From positions 1,536,001-1,600,000 of the forward strand of contig CAVQXP010000004.1 of the NCBI GenBank assembly GCA_963717935.1: a stretch of DNA of 64,000 nt. Reading direction: 5' to 3'. The position numbers and the translations under genes are program-made. This stretch comes from Candidatus Eiseniibacteriota bacterium. Lineage in GTDB: Bacteria > Eisenbacteria > RBG-16-71-46. Every line of letters starts with the position of its first letter. The stretch's first letter is position 1. Of this stretch, positions 18,891 through 29,507 are shown in pieces. The notes beneath the pieces were generated by a model. That model was not told the DNA's origin. It did no database searches and worked only from the letters and a program-made list of their open reading frames with translations.

Positions 18891-19235
18891 ATGATCGGGT
18901 TGCGCTCCATCCGGCTCATCACGCTCGTGCTCACCGTCGTGTGCTGTGCGACGGCGGCGCTGGTGATGTCCGAGCTCCGGACGGATTCGCCTTCCGCCGC
19001 TCATCACGACGGCGGCCAGTGCCCCGATTCCGGTCCGGACGGCGCCCCCTGTGAGGCCGGTTGCGCGTGCGTCTGCTGCCCCGGGCAGATCCCGGTCTCC
19101 CTGCCGCACGAGACCGGCATGGAGTCCGGCACCCTGCCGGTGTGCCGCCACCCCGGGCTGCCACTCCACGAACTCCAGCCGGACGATCACATTCAAAGCA
19201 TCTTCCATCCACCGCGGCGCCTCACTCCAGCCTAG
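18891..19235 (+). CDS. Small Cys/His-rich exported leader protein (DUF2946/CzcI-like)
   Basis: GGGAGG RBS; hydrophobic N-terminus; HHD...C...CEAGCACVCC; C-terminal IFHPPR; first ORF before czcC. Confidence 0.7.
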   Translation: MIGLRSIRLITLVLTVVCCATAALVMSELRTDSPSAAHHDGGQCPDSGPDGAPCEAGCACVCCPGQIPVSLPHETGMESGTLPVCRHPGLPLHELQPDDHIQSIFHPPRRLTPA

Positions 19236-19323
19236 GGAGCGGTGTCGGACGCGCTCAGTCGCGTCCGCGCCAGAGGCGTAGTCGGGCATCCCCCGAGGGT
19301 TGCCCCATCGCGAAAGCAGGTGG

Positions 19324-20637
19324 ATGCAGATGCGATCGTCCGTTGCCAGGACGGTCTCGGCGACGAGACTGGGCCTGGCTCTCCAGACCGTTCTTGCCCT
19401 TCACGTCATCGCCGCCACTCCGGCGCGCGCGGCGCCGCCGTCCCTGCCGTCGCAGGTGAGCATCACCGCGGACACTCTCAGGCTCGGCTGGCCGGACATC
19501 GTCCGCCTGGCCGGCCAGCATCCCGCTCTTTCCGTGGGGCGCTGGGGCGTGGCCGCTGCGCTGGGTGCGGCCGACGCGGCCGGGACGCCGCCGAACCCGA
19601 CGCTCGACGCCACCCTCACCCGCGGTGAGACCCCCGAGCGTCTTCGGGAGCGGCCCGAATGGGACCTTGGGCTCACCCTCCCGCTGGGCTGGATCGCGCA
19701 ACGCCACCACCTCGTGCGCGCCGCGAGCGCGCAGGTGGACGCCAGCCGGGAAGAGGCGAGGGCGATCCGGCGGGATGTCCTGCTGGAACTCCGCGCGATC
19801 TTCTGGAACCTCGCCTACGAGCAGGTCCGCGTGGCCGCGCTCGACACCCTGCACGGCCAGACCGCAGAACTCGCGCGGCGGGTCTCCAGGCGTGTCGAGC
19901 AGGGCGAGGCCCGGCCGGCCGAGGTGACCCGCGTCGAGATCGAGCTGGAGAAGGTCGCGATCGAACTCGATGCGAGCCGGATCGCGCTGGGCGCCCGCCG
20001 GGACCAGTTGAAGCTGTGGATCAGCGGCGACGGTGGCCGGGAAGTGGTGGTCGAGGCGGAACTCGCGAACCTCCCTGAGGTTCCCGGCCTGGACGCGGCG
20101 CTGGCCACCGCCCGTTCGAGTCACCCCGGGCTCGGGGCGGCGCGCGCGCGGGTGCGGGCGCTCGCCGCGGAGGCCGGCGCCGAACGGATGGCGCGGGTCC
20201 CGGGCATCGAGCTCAGGGGGTTCACGGCCCGAGAACTCGAGCGCCGTACCTGGGGCGGCGGGATCGCCCTCGGTCTGCCGCTCTGGGACTGGAACTCCGG
20301 ACGGATCGCGCGAGCCGGGGCCCAGCTCGAAGCCGGCAGGAAGCGGATCGAGTGGGAGACGCGGCAGACCGAATCGGCGGTCATCGAGGCGCAGGCTGCG
20401 TGCCTGACCGCGACCCGCACCGTGGAACGCTACCGGGACCGGATCCTCCCGCGTGCCGAGTCCGCGGCCGCGATCATGGAGAAGACCTACCGGCTCGGCG
20501 AGGCGGGCCTGCTCGAGCTGATCGACGCCCGGCGCGTGCTGGTGGAGACGCGCCTGCGCTACCTCGCGACACTCGTCCAGGCCCAGTTGGACTGCAGCCA
20601 TCTCAGCGCCCTTACCGGGCAGGAGGACACCCCGTGA
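19324..20637 (+). CDS. TolC/CzcC outer-membrane efflux factor
   Basis: Signal peptide, PNPTL, LPLWDWNSG and YRLGEAGLLELIDAR motifs. Confidence 0.88.
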   Translation: MQMRSSVARTVSATRLGLALQTVLALHVIAATPARAAPPSLPSQVSITADTLRLGWPDIVRLAGQHPALSVGRWGVAAALGAADAAGTPPNPTLDATLTRGETPERLRERPEWDLGLTLPLGWIAQRHHLVRAASAQVDASREEARAIRRDVLLELRAIFWNLAYEQVRVAALDTLHGQTAELARRVSRRVEQGEARPAEVTRVEIELEKVAIELDASRIALGARRDQLKLWISGDGGREVVVEAELANLPEVPGLDAALATARSSHPGLGAARARVRALAAEAGAERMARVPGIELRGFTARELERRTWGGGIALGLPLWDWNSGRIARAGAQLEAGRKRIEWETRQTESAVIEAQAACLTATRTVERYRDRILPRAESAAAIMEKTYRLGEAGLLELIDARRVLVETRLRYLATLVQAQLDCSHLSALTGQEDTP

Positions 20638-21971
20638 AGAGGACGACCCGCGCCGCGCTCTCCATCGCCGCGCTCCTCATGGTCCTGTCCGCCGCGTCGT
20701 GCGGCGGACCCGTCGCCAGCGCGGCCCGGAAGGCCGCGCCCCCCGGGGAGGCCCCGGCTGGCCGCCCCGCCACGTCGGGGGAGAAGGACGAGCGGCCGGA
20801 GATGTCGGATCTCGACCGTCCGCTCGAGGAGTTGTTCGCCATGACCTGTGAACACCAGCGGAAGACCTTCGAGTGCGCAGAATGCCGCTACGAGACGGGG
20901 GTCGTGCACGCGCCGGCGGGGCTCTTCGCCGGCGGGCTCCTCAAGACGCAGAAGGCCGTCCGGGAGCGGATCGCGATCCCGCTGCAATTGACGGGCGAGG
21001 TGCGCTTCGACGAGCGGAGGGTCACGCATCTGAGCACCCAGGCCGAGGGGATCGTCCGCGGGGTCCACGTCGCGCTCGGGGACCGGGTGAGCCGTGGGCA
21101 GGCCCTGATCGAGATCGAGAGTACGGCGGTGGGCGAAGCCGAGGGCGCCTGCCTGGAGACGCAGGCGGTGCTGCGGCTCACCCGGCGCAACCACGAGCGG
21201 GCGCTCGAGCTGCGCAGCGAGGGGATCTCGTCGGAGAAGGAATATCTCCAGGCCCGCCAGGAGCTCGAAACCGCGGAGATCCACGCGGAGTCCGCGCTGG
21301 GTGCGCTGATCCGCCTCGGCATGCCCGTGGCCGATGCGCGGAAACTGAGCCCGGCGTCCGCTCGCGGCCGCCTGACGCTGTACGCTCCGGCAAACGGCAC
21401 GGTGCTCTTCCTGCACGCGGTCCCGGGAGAGGTCGTCCGGACCGAGGAGTCCCTGGCGACCATCGGCGACAACGCCAGCGTGTGGGTGTGGGCCGATCTC
21501 TACGAGCGGGACATCGCCCGATTCGCCCGAAAGCAAATCGAACAGCGGATGGCGGCGACGGTGACCGTCAAGGCCTACCCTGGCGAGGAGTTCCGCGGCA
21601 CCGTGGACTTCGTCAGCCCGGTCATGGACGAAGCCTCGCGCACCGTCCGGCTGCGCATCGTGGCGACGAACCCGGGCGGGCGCCTGTTCGCGGGGATGTT
21701 CGCCGACGTGAAGGTCTACCTGCCCGGCGAGGAGGAAGCGCTGGCGTTGCCCCGGAACGCCGTGCTGGAGGACGAGGGTCGCTCCTTCGTCTTCATCCAC
21801 CACCACGGCGACTACTACGTGCGCCGTCCGGTCGAACCCGGGCGGTCCTGGGGCGACCGGGTCGAAGTGCTCCGGGGGCTCGAGGGCGGTGAAACGGTGG
21901 TCGCCGACGGCTCGTTCCTCCTGAAGTCCGACGTCCTGCGCTCGAAGATGGGCGCGGGCTGCGCCGACTGA
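20634..21971 (+). CDS. CzcB/CusB-type membrane fusion protein
   Basis: Lipobox-like AASC; GEVRFDE, VWVWADLYE and GMFADV motifs; extra CEH...CAEC segment. Confidence 0.88.
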   Translation: MKRTTRAALSIAALLMVLSAASCGGPVASAARKAAPPGEAPAGRPATSGEKDERPEMSDLDRPLEELFAMTCEHQRKTFECAECRYETGVVHAPAGLFAGGLLKTQKAVRERIAIPLQLTGEVRFDERRVTHLSTQAEGIVRGVHVALGDRVSRGQALIEIESTAVGEAEGACLETQAVLRLTRRNHERALELRSEGISSEKEYLQARQELETAEIHAESALGALIRLGMPVADARKLSPASARGRLTLYAPANGTVLFLHAVPGEVVRTEESLATIGDNASVWVWADLYERDIARFARKQIEQRMAATVTVKAYPGEEFRGTVDFVSPVMDEASRTVRLRIVATNPGGRLFAGMFADVKVYLPGEEEALALPRNAVLEDEGRSFVFIHHHGDYYVRRPVEPGRSWGDRVEVLRGLEGGETVVADGSFLLKSDVLRSKMGAGCAD

Positions 21972-21981
21972 GGGAGGCGCC

Positions 21982-24900
21982 GTGCGACTCGTGACCTTGT
22001 TGCTGCACAACCGGTTCGTCGTCCTGCTGGCGACTGGGTTCCTGGTCCTCGCCGGTGTCGTTGCCTGGATGCGTCTGCCCATCGACGCCTTCCCGGACGT
22101 CACCAACACCCAGGTGATGATCCTGAGCAAGGCCGCAGGGCTCGCCGCGCTCGACGTCGAGCAGCAGGTGAGCTACCCGATCGAACAGGTGATGCGGGGC
22201 CTGCCCCGGGTGACGCAGGTCCGCTCGATCTCCAAGGCCGGGTTGTCCCAGGTGGTCATCATCTTCGAGGACGGTGCGGACACGTACTGGACCCGCCAGG
22301 TCGTCTTCGAGCGTCTGGCCTTGGCCCGGAATCAGCTTCCGCCGGGGGTGGAGCCGGAGCTCGGCCCGCTCAGCACCGGTCTGGGCGAGGTCTTCCAGTA
22401 CACGCTGGAGGGCGAGGGGCAGACCCCCATGGAGCTGCGCACCATCCAGGACTGGCTGGTCGCGCCGCTGCTCAAGCCGATCGAGGGCGTGAACGAGGTC
22501 AACAGCTTCGGCGGGCAGGTCAAGCAGTACCAGGTGCTGCTCGCCCCCGAGCGGCTGCTCCAGTACGGCCTGACGGCCCGCGAAGTGGTCGAGGCGGTCG
22601 AGCGCAGCAATGCCAACGCGGGCGGCGGCGTGCTCGTGCGCGACTGGGAGCAGGTCTACCTGCGCGGCGTGGGGCTGCTCCGGGACATCCCGGACATCGA
22701 ACGGATCGTGCTCAAGTCCGTGAACGGCTCACCCGTGTACCTGCGGGACGTGGCCGAGGTCGTCATCGGCGCGGAGCCGCGCCAGGGCGCAGTGAGCCGT
22801 GACGGCAGGGGCGAGGTGGTGGCCGGCATGATCATCATGCTCAAGGGCGCGAACTCGCAGGACGTGGTCGGCCGGGTCAAGGAGGCGGTGGGCCGGATCC
22901 AGGGCACGCTCCCCCCGGGGTCCGCATCAACGTGTTCTACGACCGCACCTCCCTCATCGAAGCCTGTATCGCGACCGTGCTCGACGCGCTCCTCGCGGGC
23001 GGGATCTTCGTCATCCTCGTGCTGTTCCTGTTCGTGGCCGAGCTGCGCACCGCGCTGATCGTCGTCTTCTCCCTGCCGCTCACCTTCCTCATCAGCTTCA
23101 TCGTCATGCGCATGGCGGGGCTTTCCTCCAACCTGATGAGCCTGGGCGGCCTGGCCTTCTCGGTCGGGATGGTGGTGGACGCCTCCATCGTCGTCGTGGA
23201 GAACGTCCGCCGCCACCTCGCGGACCGGGGCCGGTTGGACACGAAGCGGGTGATCGTCACCGGGGCGGTGGCCGAGGTGGCGCGCCCGGTCGCCTTCTCG
23301 GTGCTCATCGTCGCGATCATCCTCGTGCCACTGTTCACGCTGCAGAGCGTCGAGGGCAAGATGTTCGTGCCGCTCGCGCTGACGCTGCTGATCGCGCTGC
23401 TGGTCTCGCTCGGGGTGGCGTTCACGGTGGTGCCCGTGCTCGCCGACCTCGCGCTCCAGCACGTGCCCGAGCGGGAATTCGGCTTCATCCGCCGCCTCCA
23501 CGAGGGATATCTGCGGCTCCTCGCCTGGGCGCTGCGGCACCGCGCCCGGACCCTGGGGATCGCGGGAACCCTGCTGGCCGGCTCCCTGGCGCTCGTTCCG
23601 TTCCTCGGCACCGAGTTCATGCCGCCGCTCGACGAGGGCTCCATCGCGGTGAACGTGGTGCGCCTGCCGAACGCTTCGCTGGACGGCTCGGTCAAGGTCG
23701 CCGCCTTTCTGGAGCAGCGGTTGCTCAAGTTCCCCGAGGTGCAGACCGTGGTCAGCAAGACCGGCCGGGCCGAGATCTCCGAGGACCCCATGGGCCCGGA
23801 GCAGACCGACCTCCTCATCATGCTCAAGCCGCGCAGGAAGTGGGGCGCCGGCCGCAGTAAGACCGAGCTGGTCGAAGCCATCCAGAAGGACCTTGGCGAG
23901 ATCCCCGGCCTGCGCTACTCCTTCTCCCAGCCCATCGCGCTGCGGGTCAACGAGCTCATCTCGGGGGTGAAGAGCGACCTGGCCGTGAAGATCTTCGGGC
24001 CCGATCTCGACGTGCTCAAGCGCTTCGCCGACCGCAGCGCCGCCGAGATGCAGGGTGTGCGCGGCGCCCGCGACGTCAAGGTCGAACAGGTCTCCGGGAT
24101 GAGCCAGCTCGACGTGGTGATCGACCGGGAGGCCGCGGCACGCCACGGCATCAGCATCGGCACCGTCAACGATGTCATCGAGACGGCCGTCGCGGGCCGG
24201 AAGGCGACCACGCTCATCGAGGGGCAGCGGCGCTTCGCGGTGGTCGTGCGGTTTCCGGAGGAGGCGCGCCGGGACATCCCCGGGATCGAACGACTGCTCG
24301 TTCCCGCGCCCGGGGGCGAGCGCGTCCCGCTGGCGCAGATCGCGCGGTTCCGGATGGTCGAGGCGCCGGCCCAGGTGAGCCGCGAGAACGGCATGCGCCG
24401 GGTCGTGGTCGAGGCCAACGTGCGGGGTCGGGACCTCGGGAGCTTTGCCCGGGACGTGCAGGCCAGGATCACCCCGCTCGCGAGGCAGCTGCCACCGGGG
24501 TACTTCATCGGCTATGGCGGGCAGTTCGAGAATCAGCAGCGCGCCATGCGGCAACTCCTGATCGTGGTGCCGATCGCCCTGCTCCTCATCATGGTCCTGC
24601 TGTACCTGGCGCTGGGCTCGATCTCGAGCTCGCTCCTTGTGCTGCTGAACCTCCCGTTCGCGCTCGTGGGGGGCGTGATCGCGGTGGTCGCATTCCGGAT
24701 GCCGCTCTCGGTCTCGGCCGCGGTGGCCTTCATCGTGCTGCTGGGGGTCGCGGTGCAGAACGGAGTGGTGCTGGTCGCCTTCTTCCGGCAGCTCCGCGAG
24801 CGCGGCGAGAGCGTCGCGGACACCATCACGCGGGGTTGCGACGTGCGGTTCAGGCCGCTGCTCATGACCGCGCTGACGAGCTTCATCGGGCACTTGCCGA

Positions 24901-25052
24901 TGCTCTTCGCGACCGGTTCGGGAGCGGACATCCAGAAGCCGCTCGCGGTGGTGGTGATGGGCGGGCTGGTGACGAGTACGCTGCTCACCCTGGTGGTGCT
25001 TCCGGTGATCTATGGCTGGATCGAGGGCCGGCGAGCGGGCGCGCAGGGCTGA
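21982..25052 (+). CDS. CzcA/CusA heavy-metal RND transporter, frameshift near 22920
   Basis: LPIDAFPDVTN, MSLGGLA...GMVVDASIV, YGGQFENQQRA and RFRPLLMTA motifs; two frames join near a CCCCCCGGGG run. Confidence 0.92.
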
Positions 25053-25064
25053 CCAGCAAGCGCG

Positions 25065-25097
25065 CGGGCCCGGCCGCCGTGCAGGTGGCCGGGCCCG
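25065..25097. terminator. Hairpin between convergent czcA and fumarase genes
   Basis: CGGGCCCGGCC...GGCCGGGCCCG, 11-bp stem. Confidence 0.5.
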
Positions 25098-25112
25098 TCG
25101 CTCGCGTCGCGG

Positions 25113-25691
25113 CTACGCCTTCAGCAGCTCCTCGTAGACCTTCTTCGACTCCGCGCGCACCTGGTCGTGGATGCTGTTGCCATGCGAGTCCATGGTGACG
25201 ATCACCGGGAAGTCCTCCACCCGGGTGACCCAGAAGGCCTCGGGGGTGCCGAACTCCTCGAGCTTGTGGACCGCGACGACCTCCTTGACCGACTGGGCGA
25301 TCGAGGTGCCGCAGCCGCCCACCGCGTGGAAGTAGACCGCGCCGAACCTGCGGCACGCCTCCAGGGTGGCCGCGCCCATGCCGCCCTTGCCGATCACGCC
25401 GCGCACCGTGTAGCTCTCGATCACCTTCGCCTGGTAGGGCTCCTCGCGCGCGCTGGTCGTGGGACCCGCGGCGACGAACGACCAGCGGTCGCCTTGCTTC
25501 TTCACCACCGGGCCGCAGTGGTAGATGACGCCCCCGCGCAGCAGGTCGTCGAGGAAGCGCGGCCGCTCCTCCACCATCAGCTTGTGCCCGGCGTCGCGGG
25601 CGGTGACGACGATCCCGGTGAGGAGCACCGTGTCGCCCACCTTGAGTTCGCGGATCTTCGCCTCGGGGATCGGGATCTCAAGCCGGATCAT
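25113..25691 (-). CDS. Class I fumarate hydratase, beta subunit
   Basis: TARDAGH, YHCGPV, GPTTSAR, IGKGG and MDSHG motifs. Confidence 0.92.
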   Translation of the reverse strand: MIRLEIPIPEAKIRELKVGDTVLLTGIVVTARDAGHKLMVEERPRFLDDLLRGGVIYHCGPVVKKQGDRWSFVAAGPTTSAREEPYQAKVIESYTVRGVIGKGGMGAATLEACRRFGAVYFHAVGGCGTSIAQSVKEVVAVHKLEEFGTPEAFWVTRVEDFPVIVTMDSHGNSIHDQVRAESKKVYEELLKA

Positions 25692-26556
25692 ACGTAGCCT
25701 CCCCGTTCTTCAGCGTCATCTCCTTGCGCCGGCAGGCCCAGCACATGTAGGAGATGGCGACGTAGAAAGTGGCCGGATGGCGGTGCTGCCAGCCCGCGAA
25801 GACGCCGAGCACCGTCGTCTTCCCGCCGAAGCCCATCGGCCCGATGCCGAGCCGGTTGAGGTCGGCGTGCAGCTCCTTCTCGAACGCGTCGAGCGCCGGG
25901 TCCTCGTTGACCGAGCCGAGCCGGCGGAAGAACTGCTCCTTCGACAGCAGGTAGGAGGTCGAGCGGTCCCCGCCGATCCCCACGCCGATCACGCCCGGGG
26001 CGCAGCCCATCCCCTGGGCCTTGTAGACCGCGTCGAGCACGCACTTGCGGATGCCCTTGAGGTCGCGGCCCGCGCCCAGCGCCGAGTCCGGCAGCTTGTA
26101 CTGCGTCCCCACGTTCTCGCTGCCGCCGCCCTTGAGCATCAGCTTCACGCGGACCTCGTCCTTCTCCCACGCCTTGAAGGTCACGTAAGGGGCGTTCAGG
26201 CCGACGTTCGTGCCGGTGTTCTTCCCGGTGAGCGGGTTCACCGCGTTCGGCCGCAGCAGGACGTCCTTCGTCGCCTTCTCCGCAGCCTGCTCGATCGCCC
26301 TGCGGAAGGCGATCGTGTCCAGCCCGACCGGGTGATGGACGTAGAAGATCATCGAGCCGGTGTCCTGGCAGATCGGCGTGACGTTGCGGCGCGCCATCGC
26401 GACGTTGTCGAGGATCGCGCCGAAGGTGTTCGCCGCCGTGGTCCCCGGCGGCTCCTTCCCCTGCGCCTCCCGCAGGGCGGCCTCCACGTCCGAGGGCAGC
26501 TCGGTCGAGGCGCTCCGGATCAACGTGTACAGCTGCTGGACGAGTCTCTCGCTCAC
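25678..26556 (-). CDS. Class I fumarate hydratase, alpha subunit
   Basis: PICQDTG, KGGGSEN, GIGPMGFGG, HPA and CWACR motifs. Confidence 0.92.
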   Translation of the reverse strand: MSERLVQQLYTLIRSASTELPSDVEAALREAQGKEPPGTTAANTFGAILDNVAMARRNVTPICQDTGSMIFYVHHPVGLDTIAFRRAIEQAAEKATKDVLLRPNAVNPLTGKNTGTNVGLNAPYVTFKAWEKDEVRVKLMLKGGGSENVGTQYKLPDSALGAGRDLKGIRKCVLDAVYKAQGMGCAPGVIGVGIGGDRSTSYLLSKEQFFRRLGSVNEDPALDAFEKELHADLNRLGIGPMGFGGKTTVLGVFAGWQHRHPATFYVAISYMCWACRRKEMTLKNGEATYDPA

Positions 26557-26595
26557 GAGGCCTCCTGGATGAGGACACATGCGACACGCCGGAGG

Positions 26596-26624
26596 ATTCT
26601 AGGAGCGGGGGAGCGGGGTCGCAA
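26596..26624 (-). promoter_or_regulatory. Putative sigma70 promoter of the fumarase operon
   Basis: Minus strand TTGCGA-N17-TAGAAT. Confidence 0.5.
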
Positions 26625-26632
26625 ACGCAGCG

Positions 26633-26808
26633 GTTCGCGGTGGCCCGCCACGTGGGCGCTGAGGAAGCGGGGTGCGGGGATGGCGGTGGGCGAGCGCATG
26701 GTGCCTCTGCTCGCCCACCGCCATCCCCGCACCCCGCGCCGTGTTGCGCGCCAGCTCCCGCGCTGCGCGCCGTCGCGCTCCAGCCCCCGCGCCCCGTGGC
26801 CGGCGCCG
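26633..26808 (+). repeat. Dispersed palindromic element, copy 2, with perfect 29-bp inverted repeat
   Basis: Arms 26667-26695 and 26709-26737 are exactly complementary around a 13-nt loop; core shared with 7160-7188. Confidence 0.85.
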
Positions 26809-27001
26809 CACGGCTGCGGCCGGGCGTACGGCGACGGGCTCCGCGAGCGAGCGCGGCCACGGGCCCGCGAGCGGGCTCGACAGGAGCGCTTTTCCCGCGC
26901 GTCTGCTTGACGGCGACCGGCGCCGCGGGGTTCAATCATGTCACGAGTTCGGGCGGCATCGGCCGCCCGACCCGCACCGGATCGAAAGGAAGCCGACGTC
27001 C

Positions 27002-27082
27002 ATGTTCCGCATCTCCCGCAACCGATGGTGGTGGTGCTCGCGCCAGAGCAGCGGGAGGAGTGTGGGGGCGTGCATCACCTGA
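27002..27082 (+). CDS. trpL: Trp leader peptide (26 aa)
   Basis: AAGGAAG RBS; MFRISRNRWWWCSRQSSGRSVGACIT with three tandem TGG codons at 27026-27034. Confidence 0.85.
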   Translation: MFRISRNRWWWCSRQSSGRSVGACIT

Positions 27083-27144
27083 TCCGGACCTGACACACTC
27101 CATCTCCACCCGTTGCAGACGTCCTGCGGCGGGTTTTTCGTTTT
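27048..27144 (+). terminator. Trp attenuator: antiterminator and intrinsic terminator
   Basis: Terminator ACCCGTTGCAG-acgtc-CTGCGGCGGGT followed by TTTTCGTTTT; 27048-27064 can alternatively pair with 27094-27116. Confidence 0.85.
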
Positions 27145-27208
27145 CCCGCCCGGGCCGAAGAGCGATCGAAGCCACGTCGAGCTCACGCACCCCACGCGAG
27201 GAGGACCC

Positions 27209-28563
27209 ATGAGCCGGACCAAGATCCCCTGGACGAACGCGACATGCCGCGCCAGTGGTACAACATCCAGGCCGACCTGCCGAAGCCGCTGCCGCCCGTG
27301 CTGCACCCCGGGACCCGGCAGCCCATCGGCCCCGGCGACCTGGCGCCCCTCTTCCCGATGGGACTGATCCTGCAGGAGGTCAGCCAGGAGCGGTACGTGG
27401 ACATCCCGGACGAGGTGCTGGACATCTACCGCATCTGGCGCCCCACGCCGCTGGTGCGCGCCCGCCGTCTCGAGAAGGCGCTCGGCACCCCCGCGCACAT
27501 CTACTACAAGTGGGAGGGCGTGAGCCCCGCCGGGAGCCACAAGCCCAACACCGCGGTGCCGCAGGCCTACTACAACAAGGTCGAGGGCGTGAAGCGCCTC
27601 ACCACCGAGACCGGCGCCGGGCAGTGGGGCAGCGCGCTCGCGTTCGCCTGCAGCCTGTTCGAGATGGAGTGCAAGGTCTACATGGTGCGCGTGAGCTACG
27701 ACCAGAAGCCCTACCGCCGGCTGCTCATGGAGGCCTGGGGAGCGTCCTGCATCTCGAGCCCGAGCGAGCAGACCGGCGTCGGCCGGGCCATCCTGGCGCA
27801 CGAGCCCGATTCGGCCGGCTCGCTGGGGATCGCCATCAGCGAGGCGGTCGAGGAGGCCGGCTCGCGCGCGGATACCAACTACTCGCTGGGCAGCGTGCTG
27901 AATCACGTCATGCTGCACCAGACCGTCATCGGCCTCGAGACCCAGCGGCAGCTCGAGCTGGCGGGCGAGTACCCCGACGTGGTCATCGGCTGCGTCGGCG
28001 GCGGCTCGAACTTCGCCGGGCTGGCGCTGCCGTTCGTGCGGGACAAGATCACCGCGGGGAAGCAGACGCGCATCGTGGCGGTGGAGCCGGCCGCCTGCCC
28101 GAGCCTGACCCGGGGACTCTACCGGTACGACTTCGGCGACTCGGCCGGCCTGACCCCGCTGCTGAAGATGCACACGCTGGGGCACGATTTCATGCCGCCG
28201 CCGATCCACGCCGGCGGACTGCGCTATCACGGCATGGCTCCCATCCTCTGCCACCTGTACGACCTCGGCCTGATCGAAGCGGAGGCCCACCAGCAGACCG
28301 CGGTGTTCCAGTCGGCGGTGCTCTTCGCGCGCACCGAGGGACACCTGCCGGCGCCGGAGACGGCGCACGCCATCCACGCGGCGGTCGAGGAGGCGCGGCG
28401 CTGCCGGGAACGCGGCGAGGCGAAGACCATCGTGTTCGGCGCCAGCGGCCACGGGCACTTCGACCTGGTCTCGTACCAGAAGTACTTCGCCGGGGAGCTC
28501 ACCGATCACGAGTACCCGGAGGAGCTGATCCGCGAGGCCCAGGCTTCGCTGCCGGTGGTCTGA
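27209..28563 (+). CDS. trpB2: Tryptophan synthase beta chain, TrpB2 type; indel near 27228
   Basis: [41 protein letters not shown] and SGHGHFD motifs; GAGGAGG RBS before ATG 27209, which is out of frame by one base. Confidence 0.93.
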
Positions 28564-28604
28564 GATACCGAGGAGGAGGTCGGCGGACCCGGGCGACGGG
28601 TCTC

Positions 28605-29507
28605 TCATCCCAGGTACGCGCCCAGCCCGCCGCGCAGCGCGAGCGCGAGTGACAGCGCCAGCGCCAGCGCGCAGAGGGCCCCGAGCACCTGGACCGCGAG
28701 GCCGGGCCGCGGGCCGCCGAGGCGCGCGCTCAGCGGGACCACCGCGCCGATCGCCGCGCCGCTGACCAGACCTGCGGCGTGGGCGACGTTGTCCGTCCCG
28801 AGCCGCGTGAAGCCCGACACCAGACCCTGCCCGAGCAGGAAGAGGAGTGCCGCGCCGAGCGCCCGGGCACGCCCGGGGGCGAGCCGGTGACGCAGGCGGA
28901 ACGCGCCGACGAGCAGGGCTCCCCCGAGCGCGAAGATCGCGCCCGAGGCGCCGACGCTCAGGCTCAGCCCCGGGCCGTGCTGAGAGGCCCGCCACAGCAG
29001 GCTGCCCAGCGAGGCCGCGGTGCCGCCGAGCGCGAACACGATCCAGAAGGCCCAGCGCGTGAAGATGCGCTCGACCGCCGGGCCGAAGATCAGCATGCTC
29101 GTGGCGTTGAAGAAGACGTGTGCGGCCCCCGCGTGCACGAACGTCGAGGCCAGCAGCCGCCAGGCGGTGTCGAGCGGCGTGAGTCCGGTGGCGTTCGCGC
29201 CCCAGAGAAGATAGGCGGTCGTGTCGCCGATCTCGTGCCGGGCCGCCAGCAGGGCGAAGATCGCGGCCCACGCGAACAGATGCAGGCCGGTGCCCCAGGG
29301 AGGCACGTCGCCCACGGCCGACCACAACTCGACCGGCGGCAGCTCATCCGGGTCGGGGGGCAGGAAGCCCGCGCTCTCGAATCCGGCAGACCCGTACCCG
29401 GCGGGCTCGAGGGGATCACGGGGATCGGTCTCCACGCGGCGCACTCTGCGCCCAGGCGCGGAGGCGGGCAAGCCGGGCGCAGGTCGCGCCCGTGGCGCCT
29501 GATTCAC
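28605..29507 (-). CDS. Rhomboid family intramembrane serine protease
   Basis: WRLLASTFVH...HVFFN, VGASGAIF and DNVAHAAG motifs. Confidence 0.88.
   Translation of the reverse strand: MNQAPRARPAPGLPASAPGRRVRRVETDPRDPLEPAGYGSAGFESAGFLPPDPDELPPVELWSAVGDVPPWGTGLHLFAWAAIFALLAARHEIGDTTAYLLWGANATGLTPLDTAWRLLASTFVHAGAAHVFFNATSMLIFGPAVERIFTRWAFWIVFALGGTAASLGSLLWRASQHGPGLSLSVGASGAIFALGGALLVGAFRLRHRLAPGRARALGAALLFLLGQGLVSGFTRLGTDNVAHAAGLVSGAAIGAVVPLSARLGGPRPGLAVQVLGALCALALALSLALALRGGLGAYLG

Noticed and set aside
22905..22935. Programmed frameshift or phase variation in czcA
   Set aside because: Short C/G run amid many similar indels across the window; sequencing error is simpler
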